Below are positions 10,423 to 19,926 of a stretch of 34,350 bases of DNA, in pieces. Numbering within the stretch: position 1 is the first letter of the stretch; every line of letters begins with the position of its first letter. The notes under the pieces were generated by a model that made no database searches, was not told where the DNA came from, and saw only the letters and a list, made by a program, of their open reading frames with translations. Source of the DNA: an uncultured cyanobacterium (GTDB taxonomy: Bacteria > Cyanobacteriota > Cyanobacteriia > Leptolyngbyales > Leptolyngbyaceae). Location: the NCBI GenBank assembly GCA_963766075.1, contig CAVYAN010000027.1, positions 1 to 34,350 on the forward strand, in the 5' to 3' direction. The translations under genes and the position numbers were made by a program.

Positions 10423-12342
10423 CTAGGACATCGCAGGCACCTTCACAGGCTGTCCCGTGTACTCTTCCACAATTTTGCGGAAATCTTCGCCTTCGATGGT
10501 TTCCTGCTCCAGCAACGCATCGGCAAGGCGATCGACGAGCGCCCGATGCTCACGGATGAGCCGGAGGGCTTCTTCGTAACAGTGAACGGCGATCGCCCGC
10601 ACTTGGCGATCGATCTGAGTGGAAATCTCTTCGGAGTACTCGTTGCGGGACTGCCAACCCCGGCCCAGAAACACCTCGTTATTCGGGCCTTCTAGGGCAA
10701 CTAGCCCCAATTCCGACATGCCGTAGCGGGTGACCATTTCCCGTGCCAAGTCCGCCACGGCTTTGATATCACTACTGGCCCCTGCCGTTACTTCCGCGTC
10801 ACCAAACACCACTTCTTCAGCCGCCCGCCCACCCAGGGCAATGGTGATGCGATCGGTCATCCACGCTTTGGTGTATAGGCCACTATCAATCATTTCTTCG
10901 TTAAACGCCTGCTGGGCAAAGCCACCCACCCCCCCGGACCGAGGAATAATTGTCACCTTATTCAAGGGATCCGAATTTTTCAGCAGGGTCATGAGCAGAG
11001 CATGACCGACCTCGTGGTAGGCAATCAGCCGTTTTTTCTTGCTGTCTAGGAGCGGCGTTAAGCTCATGCCAATGGTGATGCGATCGATGGCGTCATCGAT
11101 CTCCAGCATCGTGATTGCCTCTTTGCGTCGCCGCGCCGTCAAAATCGCCGCTTCGTTCAACAGATTGGACAAATCAGCCCCGGCAAAGCCTGGAGTGCGG
11201 CGGGCCACCGCATCCAGAGAAACTTCGGGATCCATTTTTTTGTTGCGGGCATGGACTTCTAGAATCCCCAGCCGCCCCTTAAAACTGGGCAGATCAACCT
11301 GGACTTGACGGTCAAACCGGCCCGGACGCAGCAGCGCCGTATCCAGGACATCCGGACGGTTGGTGGCGGCAATAATGATGATGCCGGTATTGCCCTCAAA
11401 GCCGTCCATTTCGGTCAGCAATTGGTTCAGGGTTTGCTCTCGCTCGTCATTACCCCCGCCAATGCCCGCGCCCCGCTGCCGACCCACGGCATCAATTTCA
11501 TCGATAAAAATGATGCAGGGTGCATTTTCCTTGGCTTTTTTGAACAGGTCCCGCACGCGGGACGCACCAACCCCCACAAACATCTCCACAAATTCTGAGC
11601 CGGAAATGCTGAAGAAAGGCACTCCGGCTTCCCCAGCGATCGCCTTAGCCAGCAGCGTCTTCCCCGTTCCCGGCGGGCCGATCAGCAGCACGCCCTTGGG
11701 AATGCGGGCACCAACCGCCGTAAAGCGCTCCGGTTTTTTCAAAAAGGTAACGACTTCTTGCAGTTCTTCCTTGGCTTCTTCAATCCCGGCCACATCGTCA
11801 AACATCACCCCGGTCTTGGCTTCCGCCTGAAAGCGCGCCCGAGATTTGCCAAAATTCAACGCCTGTCCCGGCCCGCCTGGCGCATTGCTGGAGCGCCGTA
11901 AAATCAACAGTAATCCTCCCAATAGCAGCAAGAACAGCAGCAAATTCGCCAGCAGCCCCATCAGGGCGCTGTTATCTGCGGTGCGGCGAATATCCACCTT
12001 AACATCCGGGTTGTCCGTTAACCGTTGCGTGAGTTCAGGGTTGCGATCAAACAACTCCACTTGCTTAGGCGGATCGTTTGGCTTCATCCCTTGGAGGCGC
12101 ACATTTGCGACCCGCTGCGCATCGTCAATTTGCACCTCGGTCACTTCCCCCGCATCAATTTTCTTGAGTAAATCGCCATAGGACAGGGGGGCAGCTTTAC
12201 CATCCGCGAAGGCGGGCGTCCCCAGCAGCAGCCCTTGAGAAATGACCCAAAAGGTTGTGATGAACGCCTTAGTCACGGAATTTTTGATGCGGGTTGCAGG
12301 AACGAGGGAAATCGTCGGGGCGTTTTTGGGGAAACGTGTCAT
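10423..12342 (-). CDS. ftsH: ATP-dependent zinc metalloprotease FtsH
   Basis: Walker A GPPGTGKT, Walker [22 protein letters not shown], zinc motif HEVGH; N-terminal hydrophobic segments. Confidence 0.97.
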   Translation of the reverse strand: MTRFPKNAPTISLVPATRIKNSVTKAFITTFWVISQGLLLGTPAFADGKAAPLSYGDLLKKIDAGEVTEVQIDDAQRVANVRLQGMKPNDPPKQVELFDRNPELTQRLTDNPDVKVDIRRTADNSALMGLLANLLLFLLLLGGLLLILRRSSNAPGGPGQALNFGKSRARFQAEAKTGVMFDDVAGIEEAKEELQEVVTFLKKPERFTAVGARIPKGVLLIGPPGTGKTLLAKAIAGEAGVPFFSISGSEFVEMFVGVGASRVRDLFKKAKENAPCIIFIDEIDAVGRQRGAGIGGGNDEREQTLNQLLTEMDGFEGNTGIIIIAATNRPDVLDTALLRPGRFDRQVQVDLPSFKGRLGILEVHARNKKMDPEVSLDAVARRTPGFAGADLSNLLNEAAILTARRRKEAITMLEIDDAIDRITIGMSLTPLLDSKKKRLIAYHEVGHALLMTLLKNSDPLNKVTIIPRSGGVGGFAQQAFNEEMIDSGLYTKAWMTDRITIALGGRAAEEVVFGDAEVTAGASSDIKAVADLAREMVTRYGMSELGLVALEGPNNEVFLGRGWQSRNEYSEEISTQIDRQVRAIAVHCYEEALRLIREHRALVDRLADALLEQETIEGEDFRKIVEEYTGQPVKVPAMS

Positions 12343-12365
12343 AGGGGTTGGGATTCTCTATGGAA

Positions 12366-12417
12366 TTGTCTAGTGGCGGGGAAGTTATCTAATGGCGGGG
12401 AAATTGTCGAGTGGCGG
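12366..12417. repeat. 19-bp imperfect tandem repeat (about 2.7 copies) upstream of ftsH
   Basis: TTGTCTAGTGGCGGGGAAG / TTATCTAATGGCGGGGAAA / TTGTCGAGTGGCGG. Confidence 0.75.
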
Positions 12418-12717
12418 CATGTTCTCACCGCAAGGGACTAAAACCGCCTGTCCCAGGGGAACTTCGCAGGAAATGGCCTTTACGCACAAGGCTCTGTGCT
12501 CACTCACACAGTTCTCTGCATCACCCCTTAGTGTAACCTTCCCCCATCCTAGCGAATCAGGAACAATCGTGGGGCTGGCTCAGAACAGACGCATGGAAGC
12601 AAGTATCCCGGTTTCTCGGATTCAATACCCTGTACCACCCGATCGCAAGACCGACCAAAAAATAAGCAGCAGGGGGCAACGCCTGCTGCAGAGATGGATT
12701 CCCGAAGTTACCGCATC

Positions 12718-13935
12718 TTAATGGTGGTGGTGCCCGTGCCCATGGTGGTGCCCGTGCCCATGGGAATGCCCATGATCAACAGCATGAGCAGCAGGCTGGT
12801 GGGGTACGCCATCTGCGGGAGAGACCGGTACCTCCGCGAATAATGCATCAATTTGGGGATTCGCCCAATCCGCCGCCATTTGGAGAAACTCTGGATGATC
12901 GTTGACGCACGCCATTTGCACATACGTGACCTCGGGATGCTTTTTCTGTAGCCCATGAATAATGTGGTCCACATCGAGCAAGGTTTCATGGTTCTCGGTG
13001 GCAAACCCGATGGGCATAAACACGAGGGCCGTCGCGCCTAAATCAATCAAGTTCTGGGCAGCCAGGTCCGCATTGGGCTGGGTCCATTCAATCAGGGGGG
13101 TTTGGTGATTCAGCCAGCCAACGGAAATGAGGGGAAAGCGGTTGATCAGCCGCTCCCGCACGCGATCGTAGAGCTTTTGGCTTTCGTCAATTCCGGACGT
13201 AAACCCCTTGGCCTTGTGGGGACAGCCATGGTTCATCAGGATGATCCCCGTCTGCGAAGGCAGGTGGGCCACGGCTAAATCCGTGCGAATTTTGGTTTCT
13301 ACCAAGGTGGCCATTAAATTGATGTAGGCGGGTTCGTCGTAGAACGAGGGAATATAGCGCATCCCTTGGACCCATTGGGTGTTGGGCGAACTGAGGGTGG
13401 AGATCGCCTTATTCACTTGCTCCACCGCAATCCCACTGGTAAAAATCGAATCGACCACCAGCAAGGGATAAATCAAGATCTTGCTAAAGCCCTCGGCCTT
13501 GATCTCAGCGAGGACCTGCTCCGGTAGGCACGGGGCACAAAAGTTAAACGCCTTAAACACCTTGATTCGCTCCCCCCAGCGCGTCTGCAAGTTTGCCTCA
13601 ATGCCTTGGCGCTGCCGCTCAAAAATCGCATTGTGGGGCGAGACAAAGTGATCGTGCTGGTGACTCCATTCATGTAGGTCAAACACAGCCAGCAGCTTAG
13701 CTAAGGGCGGATAAATCCAGGTGGGCACGGGGGCAAACTTGGCTGTCAGCAGATTCAATGCCTGCTCGTTATAGTTGGCAAAGTCTTCGTAACGCTCAAC
13801 TTCGCCATATCCCATCAACAGAACGGCCACCCGTTCGCCAGCAGTTGCAGCCTGGGACATAGCCCCCAAGGATTCAGACTCTGGATTGGCAGACTCTGGA
13901 TTGGCAGACGTTAATCTTTCGGAAGAAGCAACCAT
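12718..13935 (-). CDS. Ferrochelatase-family (class II chelatase) protein with His-rich C-terminal tail
   Basis: AVLLMGYG, ILIYPL, LMNHGCP, EWTQP, FMPIGFATENHETLLD, ACVNDHPEF; ends HGHSHGHGHHHGHGHHHH. ATG at 13935 preferred over the 14025 start. Confidence 0.8.
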   Translation of the reverse strand: MVASSERLTSANPESANPESESLGAMSQAATAGERVAVLLMGYGEVERYEDFANYNEQALNLLTAKFAPVPTWIYPPLAKLLAVFDLHEWSHQHDHFVSPHNAIFERQRQGIEANLQTRWGERIKVFKAFNFCAPCLPEQVLAEIKAEGFSKILIYPLLVVDSIFTSGIAVEQVNKAISTLSSPNTQWVQGMRYIPSFYDEPAYINLMATLVETKIRTDLAVAHLPSQTGIILMNHGCPHKAKGFTSGIDESQKLYDRVRERLINRFPLISVGWLNHQTPLIEWTQPNADLAAQNLIDLGATALVFMPIGFATENHETLLDVDHIIHGLQKKHPEVTYVQMACVNDHPEFLQMAADWANPQIDALFAEVPVSPADGVPHQPAAHAVDHGHSHGHGHHHGHGHHHH

Positions 13936-14026
13936 AGAATAACCACTAGTGATGAGATAAATGGGGTATGGGGCTAGCTTAACATCCCCCCCCCCTGGCA
14001 TTTCCCAGACAATAGGATTTCTCAAT

Positions 14027-14631
14027 ATGCGCTTAATTATTTGCCCTGGGGTGCATCATCCCATTTTAACAGCAGGGTTTTTGGCGGGGTTAGGGAACAG
14101 CGTGCAGGCGTGGAGCCCGGTAATTATCCCAAGCGATCGCCCGCCCTACTGTGGCTGGCAGATCATGGAGTTTCTGCACAGTCACCTGGCCCTAAGCGAT
14201 CCGGACGGGGTCCTGAGCGATCCGGACGGGAAGCTCGATCCCCAGTTATTACCCCATTTATTGTTCATCGGCTTCAGTGCAGGAGTGGTGGGCGCAATGA
14301 CAGCGGCGCATCTCTGGCAAAATCAAGGGGGACGGGTAGCCGCCTTGATTGCCATAGATGGTTGGGGGGTGCCCCTTGTGGGATCTTTTCCCATTCATCG
14401 GGTTAGCCATGATGCCTTGACGCATTGGAGCACATTCAAACTGGCACCGGGGGGGACAGTTTCTACGCTGCCCCTGATGTGCCGCATTTGGAATTGTGGC
14501 GATCGCCCCACACCGCCGATGGGTGGCACGTTTCTGGGGACTGTGCCGGTTTTTCTAGCCGCACCACCGCAGCCACTTTCATAACTGCCCTCGTGCAGCG
14601 ATATGGCAACGATTACGGATGTATTGCTTAG
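14027..14631 (+). CDS. Conserved cyanobacterial alpha/beta-hydrolase-like protein; frameshift in the G run near 14449-14456
   Basis: IICPGVH, FIGFSAGVVGA (GxSxG), IAIDGWGVPL, HRVSHD..THWS; the expected C-terminus SFYAAPDVPHLELWRSP is in another frame. Confidence 0.7.
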
Positions 14632-14849
14632 GTAGCGTGTCGAGGAAAACCAAATCTTGTGGAAAATGCGGATCACGATGTGTTGCAGTCCATTCTGGGA
14701 AGGATAAAATTACTTATCCCCGTCTGCTAATGTCTCCCCAGGGTGTCTCCCCGTGTATCTGTACCTGTCCGTAAACCTGTATCCCCAGAACTGCACGCTC
14801 CAGTATCCAGGGCTGTCTGCCTGAGCAACTTTGAGCTGAGCGACCTTAC

Positions 14850-14900
14850 GTCAGGACAATCTTAGAGTCAGGACAATCGTAGAGTCAGGACAACTTTGAG
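14850..14900. repeat. 17-bp tandem repeat x3 (core GTCAGGACAA) upstream of the MFS gene
   Basis: GTCAGGACAATCTTAGA / GTCAGGACAATCGTAGA / GTCAGGACAACTTTGAG; no spacers. Confidence 0.85.
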
Positions 14901-14953
14901 TAACGGAGATAAGTCCCCTGGATCCCCACCAATTTTCTGAGCAAGACAACGCT

Positions 14954-16198
14954 ATGGTTTCCGCCAGTTCGTCGGGCAGCGGGTTTGCTGCGCTGCTGAA
15001 AAACCGTCCTTTTCTTTCGCTATGGACTGGACAAATTCTCTCCCAGATCGCCGATAAGGTATTTCTGGTGCTGTTGATTGTCTTGCTGGAGGTGTATTTG
15101 GTACCGCCAGAGTGGAAAAACTCGGCGCGATCGGCGTTACTGATCGCCAATACATTGCCCGCTGTGTTTTTTGGGTCGGCAGCAGGGATTTTTGTGGACC
15201 GCTACGACAAGCGCAAAATTCTAGTGGGCTCTAATCTGTTGCGCGGCTTGATGCTGCTTGTGGTGCCGCTCTTTCCCAAGGCGTTTGTTGTCCTATTGGT
15301 GATTGCTTTTCTGGAGTCGATTTTGACGCAGTTTTTTGCGCCAGCGGAACAGGCGGTGATTCCGCTGCTGGTGCCTCGCCAGGGGCTGATGAGTGCCAAT
15401 GCCTTGTTCACAACCACGATGATGGGGGCGATGATTGTGGGCTTTGCGATCGGGGAGCCGTTGCTATCGATCGCAAAGCAGTGGGGCGATTTTGGTCAAG
15501 AGTTCATGGTGGGCGGGCTGTATATGCTGGCGGCGTTGGTGCTCTATACGCTGCCCTTGCACCATACGGGGGCCGATCCCAAGCTGGAAACGGCGCATCC
15601 GTTGGAGGATTTAAAGGCGGGGTTGCGCTATCTGCGGCAGGATCGGTTGGTGAGTAATGCGATGCTGCAATTGACGGTGCTGTATTCCGTGTTTGCGGCG
15701 TTAACGCTGTTGGCAGCTCCACTAGTTGAGCAGTTGGGCTTGGATCAGAAGCGATTTTCACTGCTGCTGTCGGCGGCGGGGGTGGGCATGGTCTGTGGGG
15801 CGGCGCTGCTGGGACAGGTGGGCGATCGCCTGCGTCACAAGCCCCTGCCCTTGGTGGGCTTTTTGATTATGGCGGCGGCTCTGAGCCTCTTTGTCTTTGT
15901 GGATCAGATGCCGGTGGGCCTGGGTCTGAGCGTGCTGCTGGGCATTGGCGGATCCCTGGTGGGGGTGCCGATGCAAACCTTGATTCAGCAGCAAACGCCG
16001 GAGTCGATGCGGGGTAAGGTTTTTGGCTTTCAAAACAATCTGGTGAATATTGCCTTGAGTTTGCCGTTGGCGATTACGGGGGTGTTGACCGATCGCATTG
16101 GTTTGCGGGCGGTGCTGGTGGGGATGAGTGCGATCGTCTGTGTGGTGGGGCTGTGGGCCTGGAAAAATACTCGCAAGGTGCTGCGGGATGCGCTGTAA
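14954..16198 (+). CDS. MFS transporter
   Basis: LWTGQILSQIADK, AGIFVDRYDKRKIL (MFS motif A), QQQTPESMRGKVFG; many hydrophobic segments. Confidence 0.92.
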   Translation: MVSASSSGSGFAALLKNRPFLSLWTGQILSQIADKVFLVLLIVLLEVYLVPPEWKNSARSALLIANTLPAVFFGSAAGIFVDRYDKRKILVGSNLLRGLMLLVVPLFPKAFVVLLVIAFLESILTQFFAPAEQAVIPLLVPRQGLMSANALFTTTMMGAMIVGFAIGEPLLSIAKQWGDFGQEFMVGGLYMLAALVLYTLPLHHTGADPKLETAHPLEDLKAGLRYLRQDRLVSNAMLQLTVLYSVFAALTLLAAPLVEQLGLDQKRFSLLLSAAGVGMVCGAALLGQVGDRLRHKPLPLVGFLIMAAALSLFVFVDQMPVGLGLSVLLGIGGSLVGVPMQTLIQQQTPESMRGKVFGFQNNLVNIALSLPLAITGVLTDRIGLRAVLVGMSAIVCVVGLWAWKNTRKVLRDAL

Positions 16199-16334
16199 GG
16201 TTGGCGAAGCTGGGATGCTGTCAGGTAATACGTAAAGGCGACGTTCTGAGAACCCGAATTCACGCGTTGATCAAGCTGAGGATAACTTAGGCGATCGCGG
16301 AGTATTTAAGCAGCATTTCCGGCAATGGCGGGCG

Positions 16335-16595
16335 GGCTGTGTAGTATTGAGAACAAGCCCTTTTGCGATCGCCCCCGTCATTTCTTGGCAAGTTCAGCCC
16401 TATCTGCAATCGGTTTATGCGACCGATGAACGGTGGTGGCAGCTTTACACGTTGACCGATGCGGCGGGCAAGCAGCGGCAAGTGCAGGCGACTACGCCGC
16501 TATTTGATTTTGGATTGATGGTGCAGGCGATTGACCAAAGGCCGCCGCAGGTGTTGCTCGTCGGGCGGCCGAGCGCGGGCAGCGTGATAAACTGA
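16335..16595 (+). pseudogene. Degenerate 5' remnant of a NACHT-type gene (paralogue of 17210-17550)
   Basis: Shares upstream GGCTGTGTAGTATTGA and QPYL...WWQLYTLTDAAGK...FDFGLMVQAI with the 17255 gene; ATG lost, internal deletion, degraded P-loop VLLVGRPSAGS. Confidence 0.8.
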
Positions 16596-16599
16596 ACTT

Positions 16600-16878
16600 A
16601 TGAGATTTGAGTGGGACGAGTCTAAAAATCAAAGTAACCAACGAAAACATGGCTTGGACTTTGCTGAGGCTAAGCGAGTATTTAATCCTTCGTTGTTTGT
16701 GGATGTTGACGATCGCCAGGATTATGGAGAAGAGCGCTATGTCGGGATGGGGTTACTGGATGGACGGATTGTCGTTGTAATTTTCACCCAGCCTGATGAG
16801 GATACAGTTCGAGTCATCTCACTACGAAAAGCAACCTCTTATGAAAGACAACAATACTGTGAATACTTCCAAAACTGA
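16600..16878 (+). CDS. brnT: BrnT-family toxin
   Basis: MRFEWDESKNQSNQRKHGLDF, DDRQDYGEERY, RVISLRKA...ER. Confidence 0.93.
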   Translation: MRFEWDESKNQSNQRKHGLDFAEAKRVFNPSLFVDVDDRQDYGEERYVGMGLLDGRIVVVIFTQPDEDTVRVISLRKATSYERQQYCEYFQN

Positions 16879-17128
16879 TTGGGCGCGGGTTGATGCGATG
16901 GTCGATGAAGAAATTGATACGTCGGATAGTCCAGTGCTAACGGCCCAATTTTTCTCTCGGGCCAAGCCGTGGTCACCGGTTAACGCGAAGTCACAAGTTT
17001 CGGTGACGGTTGATGCCGAGACGTTGGCTTGGTTTGCCGGACAAGGTGAAGCGGCTGACCGACATTTGACTGCGGCGTTGCGAATTTATGCCGAAGCCCA
17101 GAAGTATGTAGAGACACCCTCGAATTGA
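16841..17128 (+). CDS. brnA: BrnA-family antitoxin
   Basis: SKTDWARVDAM.DEEIDTSDSP...FF, VSVTVDAETLAWF; overlaps the 3' end of brnT. Confidence 0.85.
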   Translation: MKDNNTVNTSKTDWARVDAMVDEEIDTSDSPVLTAQFFSRAKPWSPVNAKSQVSVTVDAETLAWFAGQGEAADRHLTAALRIYAEAQKYVETPSN

Positions 17129-17254
17129 GCCGGGTGATTATGCGCAAGCGGTTAGGGGCGATCGCGTCGATCTTCAGAAATCATCAACCGAAACTGGCGA
17201 TCGCCGTTTGGCTGTGTAGTATTGAAGACAACCCCCTTTGCGATCGCCCCCGCA

Positions 17255-17822
17255 ATGTCTGAGCCATTTCAGCCCTACCTAGAGTCGATTTGCGTCACCT
17301 ATGCCCAGTGGTGGCAACTCTACACGTTGACCGATGCGGCGGGGAAGGCGCAGCAGGCGAAACAAACCGCACCAACCTTTGATTTTGGGTTGATGGTGCA
17401 GGCGATCGCGCCACAAAAGCCTGGGATGGAAAGGGGCGATTCCAGCGATCGCGAAGAAAAAATTGAGCGTTTCGGCGTTCTAGAAGGTCTACGCAAGTAT
17501 GCCGATCTCCATGTGTTGTTGATTGGGCGACCGGGTTCGGGAAAATCGACGGCGTTGGCGCGGTTGATGTTAGAAGAGGCGACGCTTCAGACCTCGGAGG
17601 TTTTGGAAACCTCCGAGGTCTCGGACTCCCGCAGCACTCCCCGTATTCCCCTGCTGGTGGAGTTACGCTATTGGCAAGGTTCGATCGCCCAACTCATCCT
17701 CAATGCGTTGGCGCGGCATGGACTACCGCTAAAGACTGAGCAACTGGAGTCGGTGTTTTCGCGATCGCTCTTTCTGTTCGATGGGGTGAATGAACTGCCG
17801 TCGGAGGAGGAGCGATCGCAAA
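17255..17822 (+). pseudogene. 5' half of a NACHT (STAND NTPase) gene, truncated just after Walker B
   Basis: Walker A LIGRPGSGKST, IPLLVELR, Walker B LFDGVNELPS. Similarity ends at the HIP1 site 17812-17819, after which the frame runs into the retron 3' end. Confidence 0.85.
17589..17621. repeat. REP-like palindrome inside the NACHT reading frame (encodes TSEVLETSEV)
   Basis: AGACCTCGGAGGTTT-TGG-AAACCTCCGAGGTCT: perfect 15-bp arms, 3-nt loop, 33 bp in total. Confidence 0.85.
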
Positions 17823-17832
17823 AACACAGCTT

Positions 17833-19596
17833 CTACTGCTTTCTCTGTCTATAATGCGCTTCGATTACTTCTACAATTCGATCCAAAAGGGGTACAAATC
17901 CTTCAAAGTTGATTAAAGATGCCATCTCCTCGACAACCTTTTCGGCAAATACTGCTTTGCCGTATGTCGTTTCTGTTGCATTCTTAGCAGAACGATCAAA
18001 AGATTTTCCATTGATTTTTACAGCTAAAGTCGAGGCATCAAAGCAATCCTCAATTTGAGATTCAGTCTGACCTTGCTGAAGTGGGGTAAGAATGAGATAA
18101 AGGTTGCGATGGAGGTGGACATATGGTGGTTCCCCATTCTCTAGATTTGGTTTTGCCCTGTCGCCTTTTTTGACCATATTATTAATAACGTCACGAACCT
18201 CCTTCCCGGCTTTATCATGATCAACTAGCATAATGACTGGTTCCTGCATTCCAGGGGTGGAGAAATGCTCGAATTCGCTTTTAAATAACGGTATGAATTT
18301 CTTTAGATCTCCAGTACCTCCTTTTATGCCAATTATCTCAGCGGTGTTCCTCTTACTGGAATACTTAAGACGCTTAATCGCAAAAGTGACTTTTCCATCG
18401 GCATTCGACGATACAAGTGAAGGATACTGAGAGGCAAGTTGCCTTAGTGCGGTTTCAACATACACAAAATCAGTCAACCCTTCACAAATAAGTACAGGCT
18501 TAGATGCAACATAGAATTCTTTATAGAAAAGAAATCTGCGATATATCGTTTCTTTACTCTTGATTTGCGATTTATCAGAAGTAGAAAGTATTTCTATGTT
18601 ATCTCGATCAATACTATCAACATAGCCAAGCCTTCCATGAAGCTGATTTAGACTTCCCGGCTTCATTTCTAAAGCATAATCACCATTTGAATCTTTTTCA
18701 TAAGTTGGCAGAAGGAAACTTCCTTTTGTAAATAGACGATGCGCCATCGCTCGTATATTATGTCTATATTCACATCGGATATTGACTTTTTTATTAACTA
18801 CAAGGCCAGTAACTTCTTGCCTTGAATAGTAATATTGCATTCGGGTTTTCTTTGGATTAATTTCAAACCCTGAATGTGTTACTAAGCGCAAAAGTTCTGA
18901 ACCCGGAATCCAAGCATGATTGTCATCAGCACTTTGTATCGCAATACTTTTTGGGAAACAACGCTTGTTGGTAGAGAAAGTTAGATCATCCGCGTACCGT
19001 GTATAGCTACACCCTGTGCGAGCAGCCAGTCTTACCAAGTGCGCATCTAGTATATTACCGATCAAATTAGAGATGACGGGAGAGCAGGGACTGCCTTGAG
19101 GAAGACTCTTCTTGAAGCAAGCGATCTGTGCCAATATTGTGGCAACCTTAGGCTCTAGGTGAAATCGTTGATCTTGTATGAAAAAACCACGAACACGACC
19201 AAAATTGATCGAGCCAAAAAAGTTGGTTAAGTCAACATTAAATACATATCTTCGATTTCGATGCTCCTTTGCATTAGTACGGTTGGAAAGCCCACGTTTG
19301 AAGCCATGAGAGATTTGATCTAACGGTTTTGGCTGGTCGCTAGCGACACTCTGGTTAATTTCGTCTAAGCAGTCTTGCAGAAGATCTGCCAATCGCCTTT
19401 GAAGTACTTTTAGACCACTTTGTGGCGCTGCAATAGAACGCACTCCACCTGATCTCTTAGGAATATCAAATTCCTTGTATTTAACAGAATCAGGTTGTTT
19501 ATAGAGAATATACGACAGGCTTTTTGCTTGAAATCCAAAGATGCCTGCGACATCAGCAATAGTTTTAGCATCGCGTAACTTGCTTAGTGCAGACAT
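17833..19596 (-). CDS. Retron Ec67/Eco2-family reverse transcriptase fused to a TOPRIM nuclease (587 aa)
   Basis: RT motifs IPKRSGGVRSI.AP, SHGF, region X NAKEH, DLTNFFGSI, LPQGSPCSP, YADD (18985-18996), region Y VTGL; C-terminal TOPRIM LICEGLTD, VDHD, IEDCF, YGKAVFA. ATG at 19596 directly follows the ncRNA. Confidence 0.95.
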   Translation of the reverse strand: MSALSKLRDAKTIADVAGIFGFQAKSLSYILYKQPDSVKYKEFDIPKRSGGVRSIAAPQSGLKVLQRRLADLLQDCLDEINQSVASDQPKPLDQISHGFKRGLSNRTNAKEHRNRRYVFNVDLTNFFGSINFGRVRGFFIQDQRFHLEPKVATILAQIACFKKSLPQGSPCSPVISNLIGNILDAHLVRLAARTGCSYTRYADDLTFSTNKRCFPKSIAIQSADDNHAWIPGSELLRLVTHSGFEINPKKTRMQYYYSRQEVTGLVVNKKVNIRCEYRHNIRAMAHRLFTKGSFLLPTYEKDSNGDYALEMKPGSLNQLHGRLGYVDSIDRDNIEILSTSDKSQIKSKETIYRRFLFYKEFYVASKPVLICEGLTDFVYVETALRQLASQYPSLVSSNADGKVTFAIKRLKYSSKRNTAEIIGIKGGTGDLKKFIPLFKSEFEHFSTPGMQEPVIMLVDHDKAGKEVRDVINNMVKKGDRAKPNLENGEPPYVHLHRNLYLILTPLQQGQTESQIEDCFDASTLAVKINGKSFDRSAKNATETTYGKAVFAEKVVEEMASLINFEGFVPLLDRIVEVIEAHYRQRKQ

Positions 19597-19621
19597 CGAA
19601 CATTCGTTGCAATAAAGGTGG

Positions 19622-19752
19622 GCTTGCAGGCACTCCTTTGCGAACGCATAGAAGGAAACCCTAAGAGTAACCCTAGAGAGAAGTCTTAGCAGCCTAACGG
19701 CTAGCATTTGTTTCAAGTGTCACGAAGCATGACATAAAATCTGCCTACAAGC
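19622..19752 (-). ncRNA. msr-msd: Retron msr-msd RNA, Ec67-like
   Basis: 11-bp arms GCUUGUAGGCA (19752-19742) and UGCCUGCAAGC (19632-19622) with one G-U pair; G right after the 5' arm (19741); msr hairpin UGUCAU-GCUUC-GUGACA; both ends resemble the Ec67 ncRNA ends as I recall them (GCAUGUAGGCAGAUUU ... AAGGAGUGCCUGCAUGC). Confidence 0.9.
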
Positions 19753-19760
19753 TTAAGTAC

Positions 19761-19766
19761 ATACTA
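19761..19766 (-). promoter_or_regulatory. Candidate -10 element (TAGTAT) for the retron transcript
   Basis: TAnnnT hexamer 8 nt upstream of the 5' arm; no convincing -35 seen. Confidence 0.4.
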
Positions 19767-19798
19767 CAACATATAGACCTAAAGTGCGTCAGCTATTT

Positions 19799-19926
19799 GT
19801 TAGTGTCTTTAATTATTCGTCATCGACTGGAGAATAATCGAACGATTTTTGAAACCCTTATCTGGCGGATGCCCTGAAATCCAGGTTTTTATTCTCTAAT
19901 CAGTGGCGAAAATTAGTGACACTAAC
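19799..19926. mobile_element. 128-bp MITE-like element with about 39-bp imperfect terminal inverted repeats and 7-bp flanking direct repeat
   Basis: Ends GTTAGTGTCTTTAATT... and ...AATTAGTGACACTAAC; GCTATTT at 19792-19798 and 19927-19933. Confidence 0.75.

Noticed and set aside
14850..14900. Possible mini CRISPR array
   Set aside because: Units are 17 bp and directly adjacent with no spacers; no cas genes nearby.
17833..19596. RT as a group II intron, DGR or CRISPR-associated RT
   Set aside because: It has retron X and Y motifs, a TOPRIM tail and an msr-msd; I saw no intron domain V, no template/variable repeat pair and no cas genes.
19597..19716. 40-codon N-terminal extension of the retron ORF in the ORF track
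   Set aside because: It overlaps msr-msd, and similarity to Ec67-type proteins begins at the ATG at 19596.
19799..19926. Integron attC site
   Set aside because: End order is GTTAG...CTAAC, the reverse of attC (RYYYAAC...GTTRRRY); it has a flanking duplication and no integrase is present.
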